A stretch of DNA of 64,000 bases from Podospora anserina (lineage: Eukaryota): contig CM030332.1 in NCBI GenBank assembly GCA_017654855.1, positions 3,472,001 to 3,536,000 of the forward strand, given 5' to 3'. How positions within the stretch are numbered: the first letter of the stretch is position 1; every line of letters begins with the position of its first letter. The notes under the pieces were generated by a model, which was not told the DNA's origin, did no database searches, and was given only the letters and a program-made list of their open reading frames with translations. Below are positions 13,390-25,718 of the stretch, in pieces. The translations under genes and the position numbers were made by a program.

Positions 13390-15882
13390 ATGGCCAGTTT
13401 GCCTTCTCCAGGATCCCGGGTCGCCAGACGGTACAAAAAGCCTGGTCGATTGTTCGACACTCTTTTGACCCAGAGCACTCGAATTGTTCCCAGTTCAGTT
13501 CCCAGCCAAAAGAGTCCGATGGATGAGGAACAACCGCTCCAAGAAAAGATTGCATTTTTCAATCAGCTGGATGCCTTCGATAAGCTTGACGAAGAGGATG
13601 ACCGAATTGATGCCAGGGAACAGCAGCACAGGGCCAAGTGCAAGGCCTTCTTCCAACCAGCAGTTCCTACAGTGAAAGAGAAGGGAAACACTATCAATCC
13701 TCTTTCTTCACCTCGCCCACATCCAGAACCAAGGCGGACAGCGTCGGTGCCCACTCCAACCGCACCTACACCCGCTCCAGGAGGTTCGGCAGAAATTATC
13801 AAGGCAACCCCAGACGCCACCACCATTGACAGTACCACCTCCAGAACCAGGAGGCGCCTAATTGCAGATACTTCTACTTCATTCATTGCTGAAACACCAA
13901 TACCAGATTCCACCCGTCCAAGAGTCCCAACAACATTACGGAGGAGTATCACCATGCCAGTTTCAACCTCTGCCTCTGCGGCTGAACAGTCGCCGTCAGC
14001 TACTACTGCTCTTCGAAAGCGCAAACGGTCATCTTCCGGGAAAGTGATCCCGGAATCAGCTCAAATATTTCGTGGCTTGTCTTTCTTTTACATCCCTAAC
14101 GACGATGTTGCACCAGCCAGGAAACTTCGGATTGCCAAAGCCAAAGATTATGGGGCAGAATGGGTTAGGAGTCTACACAATGCGACACATGTCATTGTTG
14201 ACAAGCACTTGTCATACTCTGACATTCAGAAGATACCAGAGTTTGGGCTGGCCGCCTCTTTGATCGTCGTCAATGACGAGTATCCTATCGACAGTATCTC
14301 GTTCCGGACACTACTAAACCCCGACCAGAGCCGATACTGGGTCACAGGGTTCCCATCACCAACTTCCGAATCCACAGTCATAACAATATCATCCCGGGAC
14401 TCTGAGCCTTCGCTTCAGGTCAAAGAACCCAAAAGCGCCGGGAGACAAAGCGCCAGGAGACAAAGCGCCAGGAAACAGGACACTGAGGGCTCAGAAGGAA
14501 CACCACGACAGGAAGATAGCTCGTTTGAGAACCCTCGCCCAACTAGAACCACTCAAGCTGCTCCGTTCGAAATACAGATCCAGTCATCTGTTCCACCTCA
14601 TCCCACAGCTCAAACGACGGATGGTCCCAAGGATGAGCTGACGAGCTACATCGAGCTCCTTCAGCAGTACAAGGACCTGCCGTTGGACCACGAAGAAGAC
14701 GACGACATACAATCAACCAAGGACGCTCAGGAGGACTCGGATCCCGAGCCGGGCTCCGAAGATGAGCGCGCCCGCAAAAAGCCCGCAACACGCTCCCGCG
14801 CCTCTCTCAAAAAGACTATTCCGTTCGAAGACCGCTTTGCCTGCAGCCGTGGCGGCACGAAAGACAATCCTGCCTCCTCCGCTGCCAACAACCCAAACGC
14901 CAGGACAATAGAAGTTCTCCAATCCATGTGCGACTACTACACCAAAATTAATGATCGCTGGCGTATAACGGCCTACCGCAGAGCCATCACCACACTCCGT
15001 CAGCAGACCACCAAGAAAATCACCACCGCCGAGGAGGCCTACACTCTCCCCAACATCGGCTCCCGAATCGCCCGGAAAATCGAGGAAATCTGCACCACCA
15101 ACAACCTTCACAGGCTTCAATATGCGAACCTTGAACCGACGGACAAAGTCCTCGACCTCTTTCTCAAAATTCACGACGTGGGACTCTCTAGAGCAAACAA
15201 GTGGATATCCCAAGGCCATCGGACCTTGGAAGACCTCCTCACCAAAGCCGACCTGTCGGCCAACCAACGCGTCTCGATCGAGCACTACTCGGACCTCACT
15301 TCCCGCATCCCCCGCAGCGAAGTAACCCAGCTAGCGGCCTTTGTCCAGCGTGAAGCCTTCCTCGTCGACCCAGACGTGGAATTACTCGTTGGCGGCTCGT
15401 ACCGCCGTGGCTCGGACACGTCAGGCGACATTGATTTCATCATCACCAAACGCGGGACCACATCCTGCTCGGATCTTGTCCCGTTTATGAACTCGCTTAT
15501 ATCTGTGCTGTATAAGAAGAATTTTTTGGTGGCGACGTTGTCGCAATCGAGAAGGGAGGGGGAAGGGAGTAAGTTTTTGGGATGCTGCAGGTTGCCTCCT
15601 GGGGGGAAGTGGAGGAGGATTGATTTGCTGCTTGTGCCCGAGACGGAGTATGGAGCGGCGTTGATTTATTTTACGGGGAATGATATTTTTAATCGGAGCT
15701 TGAGGTTGTTGGCGGGGAAGAAGGGGATGAGGTTAAATCAGAGAGGGTTGTTTAGGGATGTGATGAGGGGGAGGGGGAGGGTGGGGGTTACGGAAGGAGA
15801 GTTGGTGGAGGGAAGGAGCGAGAGGAGGATTTTTGAGGTTTTGGGGGTTAGGTGGAGGGAGCCTAGTGAGAGGTGGTGTTGA
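13390..15882 (+). CDS. POL4: X-family DNA polymerase (lambda/Pol4) with BRCT domain
   Basis: BRCT (IFRGLSFFYIP, ATHVIVD), 8-kDa lyase domain (AYRRAI, LPNIG), GSYRRG..SGDIDF, RRIDLL, YFTGN, EPSERWC. Confidence 0.93.
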   Translation: MASLPSPGSRVARRYKKPGRLFDTLLTQSTRIVPSSVPSQKSPMDEEQPLQEKIAFFNQLDAFDKLDEEDDRIDAREQQHRAKCKAFFQPAVPTVKEKGNTINPLSSPRPHPEPRRTASVPTPTAPTPAPGGSAEIIKATPDATTIDSTTSRTRRRLIADTSTSFIAETPIPDSTRPRVPTTLRRSITMPVSTSASAAEQSPSATTALRKRKRSSSGKVIPESAQIFRGLSFFYIPNDDVAPARKLRIAKAKDYGAEWVRSLHNATHVIVDKHLSYSDIQKIPEFGLAASLIVVNDEYPIDSISFRTLLNPDQSRYWVTGFPSPTSESTVITISSRDSEPSLQVKEPKSAGRQSARRQSARKQDTEGSEGTPRQEDSSFENPRPTRTTQAAPFEIQIQSSVPPHPTAQTTDGPKDELTSYIELLQQYKDLPLDHEEDDDIQSTKDAQEDSDPEPGSEDERARKKPATRSRASLKKTIPFEDRFACSRGGTKDNPASSAANNPNARTIEVLQSMCDYYTKINDRWRITAYRRAITTLRQQTTKKITTAEEAYTLPNIGSRIARKIEEICTTNNLHRLQYANLEPTDKVLDLFLKIHDVGLSRANKWISQGHRTLEDLLTKADLSANQRVSIEHYSDLTSRIPRSEVTQLAAFVQREAFLVDPDVELLVGGSYRRGSDTSGDIDFIITKRGTTSCSDLVPFMNSLISVLYKKNFLVATLSQSRREGEGSKFLGCCRLPPGGKWRRIDLLLVPETEYGAALIYFTGNDIFNRSLRLLAGKKGMRLNQRGLFRDVMRGRGRVGVTEGELVEGRSERRIFEVLGVRWREPSERWC

Positions 15883-17135
15883 GGGGGGAGGGTGACGATG
15901 GGGTTGAGTTGGATGGGAGTGAAGATGATGATGATGATGATGATGATGATGAATGTGGTGTACGTTAATGAGATTATCTTGCGTATTAGCTTCATGGATG
16001 AAAGAGTGGGTATCTAAATAGCTTTTTTTTTTTGCGGGTAAAAGTGGTGTAGTGATGGGGGGGATATACCAAGCTTGTTATCATAGATGAGACATGATGG
16101 CCCCTTGTTTTTGAACGACATTAATCAGAGCCTGACAATCCTACAAGTCACTCGTTGAAGTCATTTCGATTTTTACTGTTTGATATATCACACTACACGG
16201 ACACCGCCGGCTTCCTTAGCAGTAAACACCAGCTCACCAGCAGTGGAGAAAAACGGCCGCCGGCGGACGATCGATGGCGATTGTTCGTTAGCAAGCGTAA
16301 GCTTAGCTTCAACGTCTGGTAGTGTATGTAAGCTCAGACTTGAGATCCTTGACTGACCTGGACCTTGACTCTGATCTTGACCCCCGGTGTAATAAGGTCT
16401 GGTCCACCTTGGTTTCTTATCTTTTACCTACCTACCACCCCAAGGTCACATGCCTCACCGATGATGTGTCTCCCCTTGCTTGGGTTGGTTATTTGCATGA
16501 TGGGTGGTGAAGATATGACAGGTCTGGCGGGCATAAATCCTTCATTAATCTGGCATTGATAAACACCAGGTTTGGGATTTGAATTGGTGAGTGATGAATG
16601 AGCAACCCCCACACTCCCGCCCAGATGGTTCGTTCCTGGTTTTGGTTTTTGGCGCGCATGATGCTGGGATTTGCGCTAGTGTCGAATGGGCATTTGAGGC
16701 TAGTCTTGAAAAGTGAAAGGTGAGATAACGGAGGGCTGAGGGAAGATCAGGGTCTTTTGGAGAGGAAGTAATCTTCGGGGGTGGGAGAGCTGACAGGTGA
16801 TCGGCGGGGGAGAGGGTTGAGAGGGTTGATCGGTATACAGCACCACTTGCTGTATCTCAGAGGAGATATCATGAGGTCTGGGGAGAGGAATGAACAACGT
16901 CTCGGCAGTCCGGCAAGGAGAAGGAGAGGTAGCCACATGCAGTCTCGTCACGGCAGTGGTGATGATATTTTGAGGAGATTGTCACCTGCATCTCACCAAA
17001 TAAATGGAAACAAACAAAGACGACATTATGAAGGCCTGTAAGGGGAGTGTCTGCGCGTCAGAGTGAGTGGCTTTGTGGCTTGCAGGCTGGGCTTCAGCGT
17101 TGGGGTTTTTCGGGGTGTATGTAACGCCGTGATAA

Positions 17136-17194
17136 TATGTAGGTGAGACTGTATAGTAGTATGTTGGTGAGACTGTATAGTGGTATGTTGGTGA
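17136..17194. repeat. 24-bp tandem repeat, about 2.5 copies
   Basis: tatgtaggtgagactgtatagtag / tatgttggtgagactgtatagtgg / tatgttggtga. Confidence 0.85.
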
Positions 17195-18743
17195 TGAGAA
17201 GCAGTGAGGTGATCCACTTTGAGTGAGAGGCATCTGCAGAGGCAAGCGTTTCGATGATCCTGGGGATGCAGGTGGTTCCTGAAAGTAGCGTCAGATAGAA
17301 TGGGTTCTGGGCGGGACGGGACGTTGTTATCAGTAGTTTATTTCTTGTGATCTCCATGCCGTAACATTCAATATCCGGCTGGCCGAGCTGAAGCTGAGGT
17401 GGTTGGGGATCGCATTGTGTCAAGAGCTCGTGACGCTGGTGAAGAGAATCTTGAAGACATGAGTGAGATGTGTTGCTCTGTGCCGCTGCCACATGGACGT
17501 TGTTTGTGGTCAGTCATGGCAATTGTCAAGACAATTGCCAGCCTTGGGAGGAAAAGACGTTGAACTTCCACTTACAGAAAGTCAGTCAATCCCCTGAACA
17601 CGCGGGAGAGCGGCCCCACGTAGCCCCCACGGCACCTGAGAGCCACACGACCGGGTTAGTCGGGCCAATCAGGGCCCAGGAGGCTTATCTTTACACCAAG
17701 CTTTTAGCACGTCTCAGCGAATCGAGTTATCGTGGAGCTCCCTTTCTCGGTCCACTCCAGTGTCACCCTCACTCGAACGTCACTTGCTTTGCAGGGGAGC
17801 AAGGGTTGTCTCTCACAGCCACCACTCTCCCTCCAACCTCGAGCCAGAAGGCATCAACGCTCGTTCTCGTCATATGCGACACTTGCTTTTTCTGCTTCAC
17901 AATGGGTCCAAACGCCCCCGAACTCGCAACCAACGCCGAGCTGGTGGGATCCGGAACAGAGGAACTTGGGAAGTGTTCTCCTCGGAGGCAATGATCAGAG
18001 AACAACAACCTGAAGAAGGAGGGTGACATATTGGTCTCTATCTTCGGCCCCTTCAAATTTCCAGAGCAGCATCGCAGACTTGGCTCTGTCCGGAGGTTCC
18101 TGGTCAAGACATGTTTTGTGCGACCCATCTTCAGCGTCCGCAAAAAAGCACTTACTTGCCTTACTCAGAGCCCAGGTATGGATCTTCAAGGCCCCCGAGA
18201 GATTGTGCTCATGCTCCCGTTGCTCTCCAAGGCCCGCGGGAACCAAGTGGGAACCCAAGCCTTATGATCATAAACATGCTCGAGCCCCCAAGGACGCCGG
18301 CGATGCTTCTCGCCTGACTCCCGTTCGTTTTCCATCCCACTTCCTTCTCTTCCCGTGCAGTAGCTCAACCGTGTGGCTTGTCTCCCCCGATAAGCCAAGA
18401 CACCCCGTCGGTGTCAAAGCTGATTGGCCCCCCGCGAATTGCTTCTTTCCAGAAAAAGTCCCAGGCCTACTGCAAACCATTGCTAGCCTGCTGCCGCTCA
18501 TCACTTTCTTCTGGGAAGATCAAGTTTTTCGCCTCCAGGCATACTATCTATTATTGGGTGTGGAAGACATTCCTCACGTCCCTTCGTTCTTCTCTGTCTC
18601 TCGTTTACTCTTGTTCTATCCGACACATCCGACAATATCTGCACCTCACAGACGACCACTTATACACTTGTACACCACCTCACCATACACGACTGAAGGC
18701 AGCAACATAACCTCCTGGACGGCCAAGTCCACACACCTTCAAA

Positions 18744-20364
18744 ATGGCCGCTAATACCAACAACCAAGAACTCTCCAACCTACCATACATCCCACTCGAA
18801 CCCTTCACAGGAACTGACCCAGCAGGAGGCGATGCCCTCGTCGAAGACCTCAATGTCTGGTACCAAGCCGGCGACATCTCCTTCATGATCATGTCCACAG
18901 CCTTCGTCTTGCTCATGATTCCTGGCGTTGGCTTCTTCTATTCCGGTCTCGCACGCCGAAAGTCGGCACTCTCCCTCATCTGGCTCTCTGTCATGGCCGC
19001 GGCCGTGTCAACCTTTCAGTGGTTCTTTTGGGGCTACTCTCTCACCTTTTCACATTCCGCTGGCCCCTTCATTGGGGACCTCTCCAACTTTGGCTTCCGA
19101 AACGTCCTCGCCCATCCCTCCGTTGCCTCGAGCCGCATCCCCGATTTGCTTTTTGCTGTTTACCAAGGCATGTTCTCGGCTATTACCATCGCCCTGGCCA
19201 CCGGAGCCGTAGCAGAGCGCGGGAGGATGCTTCCATGTGTTATCTTCATGTTTTTGTGGCTCACTGTTGTGTATGATGCCGTTGCTTGCTGGACTTGGAA
19301 TCCATCGGGTTGGTCCAACAAGATGGGTGGGTTGGACTTTGCAGGTGGGACACCGGTTCATATTGCATCTGGAGCGGCCGCGTTGGCGTATAGTATGATG
19401 CTTGGAAAGAGGAGGGGTCATGGCACCCACGAGTTGAACTACCGGCCGCACAATGTGACGCATATTGTCATCGGAACAGTTTTCCTGTGGGTTGGGTGGT
19501 TTGGTTTCAATGCTGGGTCTGCGCTGGCCGCGAACATGAGGGCTATTATGGCGGCCGTGGTGACCAACTTGAGCGCTTGTGTGGGTGGGATTACGTGGTG
19601 TGTGTTGGATTACAGGCTGGAGAGGAAGTGGTCGACGGTTGGATTTTGCTCGGGGGTTGTGGCTGGGTTGGTGGCTATTACGCCTGGTTCTGGTAGGTCC
19701 CCTTTACCCACCTCACCTTTTTGTGAAGTTGTGGCTAACAACATCAACAGGTTACGTCCCAGTCTGGGCCGCCGTACCATGCGGCATCATGGGCGCCTCT
19801 TTTGCCAACTACGCCACCAAGCTCAAGTTCCTTCTCCGCATTGACGACGCTCTCGATATCTTTGCTGTTCACGGCATCGGTGGTCTCGTCGGCAACATTT
19901 GCACCGCTTTCTTCGCTACCAACACCATCACCCGCCTCGACGGTGTCTCCTCTATCAAGGGTGGCTGGCTCGATCACAATTGGATCCAGCTCCCTATTCA
20001 GCTTGCCGACTCTTTTGCCGGCGGTGCCTATTCTTTCGTTTTGACCTGTGCTATCCTCTTCATTCTTAACCTCATCCCTGGGCTCCATCTCCGCGCAAGT
20101 GAAGAGAGCGAGATCCTCGGTATTGATGACGCCGAAATCGGCGAGTTTGCCTACGACTATGTTGAGCTGACCAGAGAAGTCCTCAATGACGTCGAGGGTG
20201 ACAACATGAGCTCTTACAGCGCTGAGCAGCCTATTCACCAAGGGCAAGGACGATATGGTGTGGCTATCTCGAGCGGGATGCCGAGGGAGAAGATTGTGAA
20301 CATGAGCATGCCGTTGACGAACCACAGGATGTATGGACAAGGGTCGGCTGATCATGCTCAATAG
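18744..20364 (+). CDS. Ammonium transporter (Amt/MEP family)
   Basis: LMIPGVGFFYSGL, YQGMF, GAVAER, LDFAGGTPVH, LWVGWFGFNAGS, GLVAITP; intron 19693-19750; IDDALDIFAVHGIGG, GIDDAEIGEFAY. Confidence 0.95.
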
Positions 20365-20481
20365 TTGTGGGTTGTCGGTTGAGGACTTTTTGGATAACAA
20401 TCCTTGACGGGGAGAGGAGCACTTGTTTTGTTGTGCGATCTAGACCAGTTTCTTTCTTGTGTCTTCTATATCTTCTATGTT

Positions 20482-20518
<37 letters not shown>

Positions 20519-20875
20519 CCTTGGTAGGGAAGCAGGAGTTTGGGCATCTCACTGGTTGGAATTTTGGGAAAACAAAGCGATGGATGTTTTTTATGTATAG
20601 GGAGATGGATCATGATGGATTGATGGAACTCATGTGTATTATTCAGCAGAGTTGAGGATCAAAGGCAATAAAGAACATAACATAATTATCTTCATTTTGA
20701 TATTGCAATTCGGGATCTATTCCGTCTATAGGTACCTTTCTTCCTTGAGCCCCTGTGTCAAAATGAGGGCCCGCCAACCACCCGGAAGCATGCCACCTCC
20801 CTTCTGTTGCCAGGAACGCGAGGAAGCTCTTTCCGCCTCATCGCACAAGCAGCTCTCACCTGCTAGCTGAGAACA

Positions 20876-21000
20876 CCCGGGGTCCCTTGTGGCAGAGGCC
20901 AACCCCAGGTGAACTTTCGCCGACGAACAGCTGACCTGCCTGCCTGAGCAGCTTGCTCGCCATACCCCGGGGTTCCTCATGACAGAGGCCAACCCCAGGT
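20876..21000. repeat. 35-bp imperfect direct repeat with 90-bp period
   Basis: 20876-20910 vs 20966-21000: 31/35 identical, and all 4 differences are transitions. Confidence 0.8.
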
Positions 21001-22087
21001 AAGATCTTGCCAGTTGACAATCAACGATAAACGAGGAAAAATACGAATGAAAATGGAAGGTGAATGTACCAAGTTGTGAGAGTCGAAACGATGGAAATAA
21101 AAGGCAACCGGGTGATGGATGATTAGGGGTTTATATAGGTACGCAGCAGCAGACAGCCGAAGAAAGTCTTTGTCCCACCCAAGTGTGGACGTCAGCAAAA
21201 AAATGACTGCTGTCTCCGGCGGCTCTCTCCCCTTCCTCTCCACTTCCCTGATCAAAACTGGCCGGTCATATATGTAGCACAGTTTCAACCCATTGCTGTG
21301 AGCTGTCTTGCCAGTCATCATCCACCATCAAACCGGTCACCAGTCTCAATCTCAATCCCCAATCCAACCCAACACAAATACAATCTCACACACAACTCCA
21401 AAAATAATACAACCAAATTCAATTCCTATCCTCCACCCCCTTTTTTAGCTAACCCCCTTTTCTCTCCACACATCCACCCCCCTACAAAAAGTACACATAC
21501 AACATAACACCAACTGAATTTGTACATAATCACCTCTCCCCTCACCCCCTTCTCTTTTTGCCCAATCCCATTCCACCCATCCACCCAACAACAACTAAAC
21601 TAAATGGTAATACAGTATACACTATGTTATTTAACCCCCTTCTTCCCTCCTATAATAACCAAATCCAATCCACTCTACCCCGATAAAAATGGCACCGAGA
21701 ATCGAACAACAACCCTCCCCAAAAAGAGCAAGTATACAAGAACAATAAACCCCAAAACCCCCTTGCAAAACAAACCCAGGGTATGTCCATCAAGAATGTC
21801 AGAAACAGAAAAAGAAAAGAAAAACTTGGCTTCAATAATAATCCAAAAGACAACCTCCTGTCCCCTTACCTATGCTTTCAAAGCAGAAAAGGGACATGCT
21901 CCAAAAAAGCGTGGTGTTGCGCCGTTTTCCAATTGCAAAAATCCCTGCAATGGCAAATGCATTCATCCAAACATGGCTTCCCAAAAAAAAACAACAACAA
22001 AAAAACCATAACACGATCCAACATGTTGTGTGTGTGTGTGTGTGTGTGTGTGTCCTCGTTCAAACCATTAGGGCGTGGTCAGGGGGC

Positions 22088-25000
22088 TCACCTCACCTCG
22101 GTAGACAACCCCCTAAACCTCTCCTCAAAAACCCTCATCCTCTCCTCCTCAATCACCCTCTGCAGCCTCCTCGTCTCCCTCACCGCCTCCTCCCTCTGCT
22201 CCTGCAGGTTCATCACCTCAATCTGCGCAATGTTCATCCTCCCCACAACCTCTTGCATCTCGGCATCCGCCGCAGCAAGGGCACCCTCCAGCTCGGCCAC
22301 GCGCCCCTTGAGCACCTCAACCTGCTGCGTCATGGTGCCGTCGCTGCCATCCAGCGAGTTGGCAGACCGCCTGATGTCTGGCCGGGCGGTGCCATAAGGC
22401 GAGAGAAGAGGCGTCGACATGCGGGGTGACTTGAGGTTGTTGGGCGAGGACACGCTGCGGAGGCTAAACATGGGCGACAGCGGCGACTTGGAGGGAAAGT
22501 GTCGTGGGCTGCGGAGAATGCCAGCATTGTCGCGAATGCGCTGGAGCTGGTGGCTGTGGGCGTCCTTGAGCATGGCCAGCTCTTCCTCGTGGCGGGCCAC
22601 CCGCTCTTCAGCGCCCGTCTGGGCGTGGACGACCTGCTCCTCGAGCGCACGAAGGCGGCTTTGCATGCCGGCAATGCGCTCGGTGCTCAGTCTCTGCTCA
22701 GCCTCACCACGGGCAATGGTGGTGGCCAAACGGGAGCGCAGAGCAGCATTGACATCAAGCTGGGAGCGCACCTGCTGGGCAAGCTCCTCCACCCGACGGG
22801 CAGACTCTTGCAGCTGATCAGCAAGATCCTGCTCCACGGCAAACTGCTGCTTTTCCGAGGCTTGCATATTCTCGAGCCGAGTCTTGAAAGAGCTCGCCTC
22901 CGAGCGGGCATCCTCACGCTCCGACACGGCCGTCGAAAGCGACTGCTCCAGCCTCTGAATAGCAAGCTGCATCCTTTCATCCGAGCCGGCCGACTCCTCC
23001 AGCTGCTTGATTCTCTCCAACGCCTCGGCATACGCATCTTGCAGGCCCTTATACGCCTTTTCAAGAGAAGCCGACGTGACAGGCGCGACTCGCTCCTCGT
23101 GGCTGCCGCTGGCACGGAGCAGAGATTCCGGAACCAAAATGTCATTCTCCCTCAGCAAGATCCGAAGCGTGGCGATTTCCTCTTCGGCGCGGTCGAGATC
23201 CATCTTGAGCCCACCCAGCCCCTTTTCCACCTGCCACTTTTGCTCGATAGCCTCTTCTGCCCGGCGACGCAGCACATTAATCTCCTCGCGAAGGTTCGAG
23301 ACGTCTCTTTCATAGCCAGCCTTCTTGGGGGAAGCCGTGAGCAACCGGTCCCGTTCCATCTCCAGCTGGCGAATCCGTTTGGCGTTCTCGCGGTTCTGGA
23401 GCTCCTGTCTTTCAAGCAAGCTCCTGAGCGCACTGTGCAGCGCATCACGCTGAGCCTCGACGTCCTTCAACCTGTCGGCAAGGACCTCTCTTGGCTCGGT
23501 AGACGCAGGACCAGGTCGCGTGCTGTTGGACCGGGAGAGAGACACGGGGCGGTTCTTGTTCTTGAGAGACCCGGCAGTGACCGATGCCGACCTTGACAGG
23601 GCCATAGACATGCGAGTGCCGGTCTGCTTGAGCTCGGCATTTTGGGACCGCAGAGCCTCGAGCTCCTGCTGCATTTTGGAGGTTTCCGAGTTGAGTGACC
23701 GGAGAGCCTCAATCTCCCGCTGCATCTGAGAAGCATCGGCAGTTTGCGACCTGAGAATCTCAATCTCCTGCTGCAGTCTGGAAGTGTCGGCATCCCGTGA
23801 CCGAAGGGACTCAATCTCTTGCTGCATCTTGGACGTCTCGGCCGTCTGCGACCTCAGAGTCTCAAGCTCCTGCTGCATCTTGGACGTGTCGTAGGCAAGT
23901 CTGGCGTTTTCGGCAGCCTCGGCCTCCAACCCCTCGACACGCATGCGCAACTGAGGAACGATTTCATCGCGTAGGTTGTCCCGCTCGTTTGACGCCGTTT
24001 GAAGCTCGCTCTTGAGCGCCGCAAGCAGGTCCTCAAAGTTGCTCTTGGACTCCTGCTCCTCGGCAAGCCGACGAGTCAAATCCTCGCATGTAGCCTCCAG
24101 CTCCTTGACCCTGTCGCTCGCCTCAGCATTGCCCAGCTGGGCGACATCAACCTCGGATGCCTTTTGTTGCAATTCCTGTATTTGCTGATCCAACAGCCGT
24201 CGCATGGTGCGCTCCTCTTGGAGCTTGGTGGTGAGCTCCAGTCTGAGCTGGGCTCTCTCCTGTTCGGCCCTGCGCTGTACTTGCGACACCTCTTCCTTGG
24301 CGTGGTCATATTCGCTAAACCTGGCCGAGCTGTAGCCAGAGTCTGAGAAATAGTCGCTCGTTCTTCTGCCCGGCACCTGGGCACTGTTGACCTGCTCCTG
24401 CATCCTGTCAACGAGGTCCTCCAGATCCATCTCTCGCCGAATGGATGCGGCCAGTTCGGCGCCGATGGCCTTCAACTCGTCTTCCATCTCTTCGATCTGA
24501 ACCAGCGATGTCGTGCTGTCTGCGGGTGTTTGTAGGTAAGATTCACAATACTGCACGGCGGGGCTGTGCAGGTCGTCATTGGAGTAGGCGGATGGGCTCT
24601 TTGGTGACAGTGGGACGTCATAAGGCTCAGACTCTGTCACGACAGTCACTGGATTCTGAGAGGCGGGTGACAATGCTCTGTCGTCCGAGAACTCTGTTAC
24701 CGAGGAGCGTGACGGTGAAGCGGCCCAGCCGAAGAAGGCGCCCAGCTTAGAGGACGCTGGCGATTTCGGTAGCGGCTTGTTAAGATTACTGTCTCTGGCA
24801 GTCCTGACGGGTGACTCTGGCACACTTTCAATGGGTGATCCGAGGTCCAGGTGTGGTGGTGGTTGTTTTCGTGAGATGAAGGACATGGTCTTGGTGTTGG
24901 TATTAACGTGTGTGGCGGGTTTGCCCTCGGCCTCTTGCTCCGGACCCGGAGAGTAGAGGTGGGTGTATTCGAACTGGTCGTAATCTGATTCCTGACTGGC

Positions 25001-25718
25001 TACACTGACCGTCCTAGCGCTAAGGCGGCCGCTTGGTTCGTGTGCGTGTGGTGTTTGAGAGGCGGCAGGGTTCCTTTCAACAATGTTTCGTAGCTGTACG
25101 TCTTCTTCCGCACCGTCCTCTTGGGCGGTAGGAGATGATCTGTGAGAGAAAACCTGGTCAGTTCCATATTGCCACCACTTTACCCGGAATAAAGTGACGA
25201 CGAATCACGACATACAGGTGGCGGCTGCTGTCCAGGCTTGGGGCGCGTTCCACAACCCGCAGCGAGCTGGATGCTAGGAGGTTGCTCTGGCCTGGAAACT
25301 CATACAGCGTTGGGCTGTCGAGCGAGACGGACCTGGCGAACCTCTGCTCCGGGCGTTGGAGGTCCTCATAGAGCTCGGGCAGACGCGGGGACGAGTACCG
25401 AGTGGCCAAAGGCGAGGCCGTCAGGGACAGAGGCTTCCTCTTGATGGGGCCGGCTATCTGGGCCAAGCTGAGGGACCGGCCGCCGCGAGGACTCGGGAGT
25501 GGCTGCTTGGGTAGCTGTTGGTCCGATGTCTCGCTCGGTCCAGGAGGCGAGATGGCCGAGCGTGGTGACTGGACTCTGGATGAAGCACTTGACGTGTCAG
25601 AGAGCCGCCTATGCTCGTGACGCTCAGGCTCGGGTGACTGAGGGGGAGGGTGGGAGAAGGTAGTTGGTGTGTGAACCCCTTCTTCAAAGAAGAAGCGATG
25701 TGCGTTGGGAGCAGCCAT
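22088..25718 (-). CDS. Large coiled-coil protein (fungal hypothetical) with Pro/Ser-rich N-terminus
   Basis: Exon 1 from ATG 25718 (MAAPNAHRFF); intron 25140-25215; long exon 2 with heptad-rich sequence (EEMEDELKAIGAELAASIRREMDLEDLV, RRTSDYFSDSG, KWQVEKGLGGLKMDLDRAE). Confidence 0.8.

Noticed and set aside
17470..18754. 174-aa and 243-aa plus-strand ORFs upstream of the ammonium permease
   Set aside because: Non-ATG starts and no domain signal; consistent with promoter/UTR sequence.
22330..24750. Long antisense and alternative-frame ORFs over the coiled-coil gene (similar ones overlap PCM1, VPS9 and the protease)
   Set aside because: Shadow ORFs caused by biased codon usage; no motifs.
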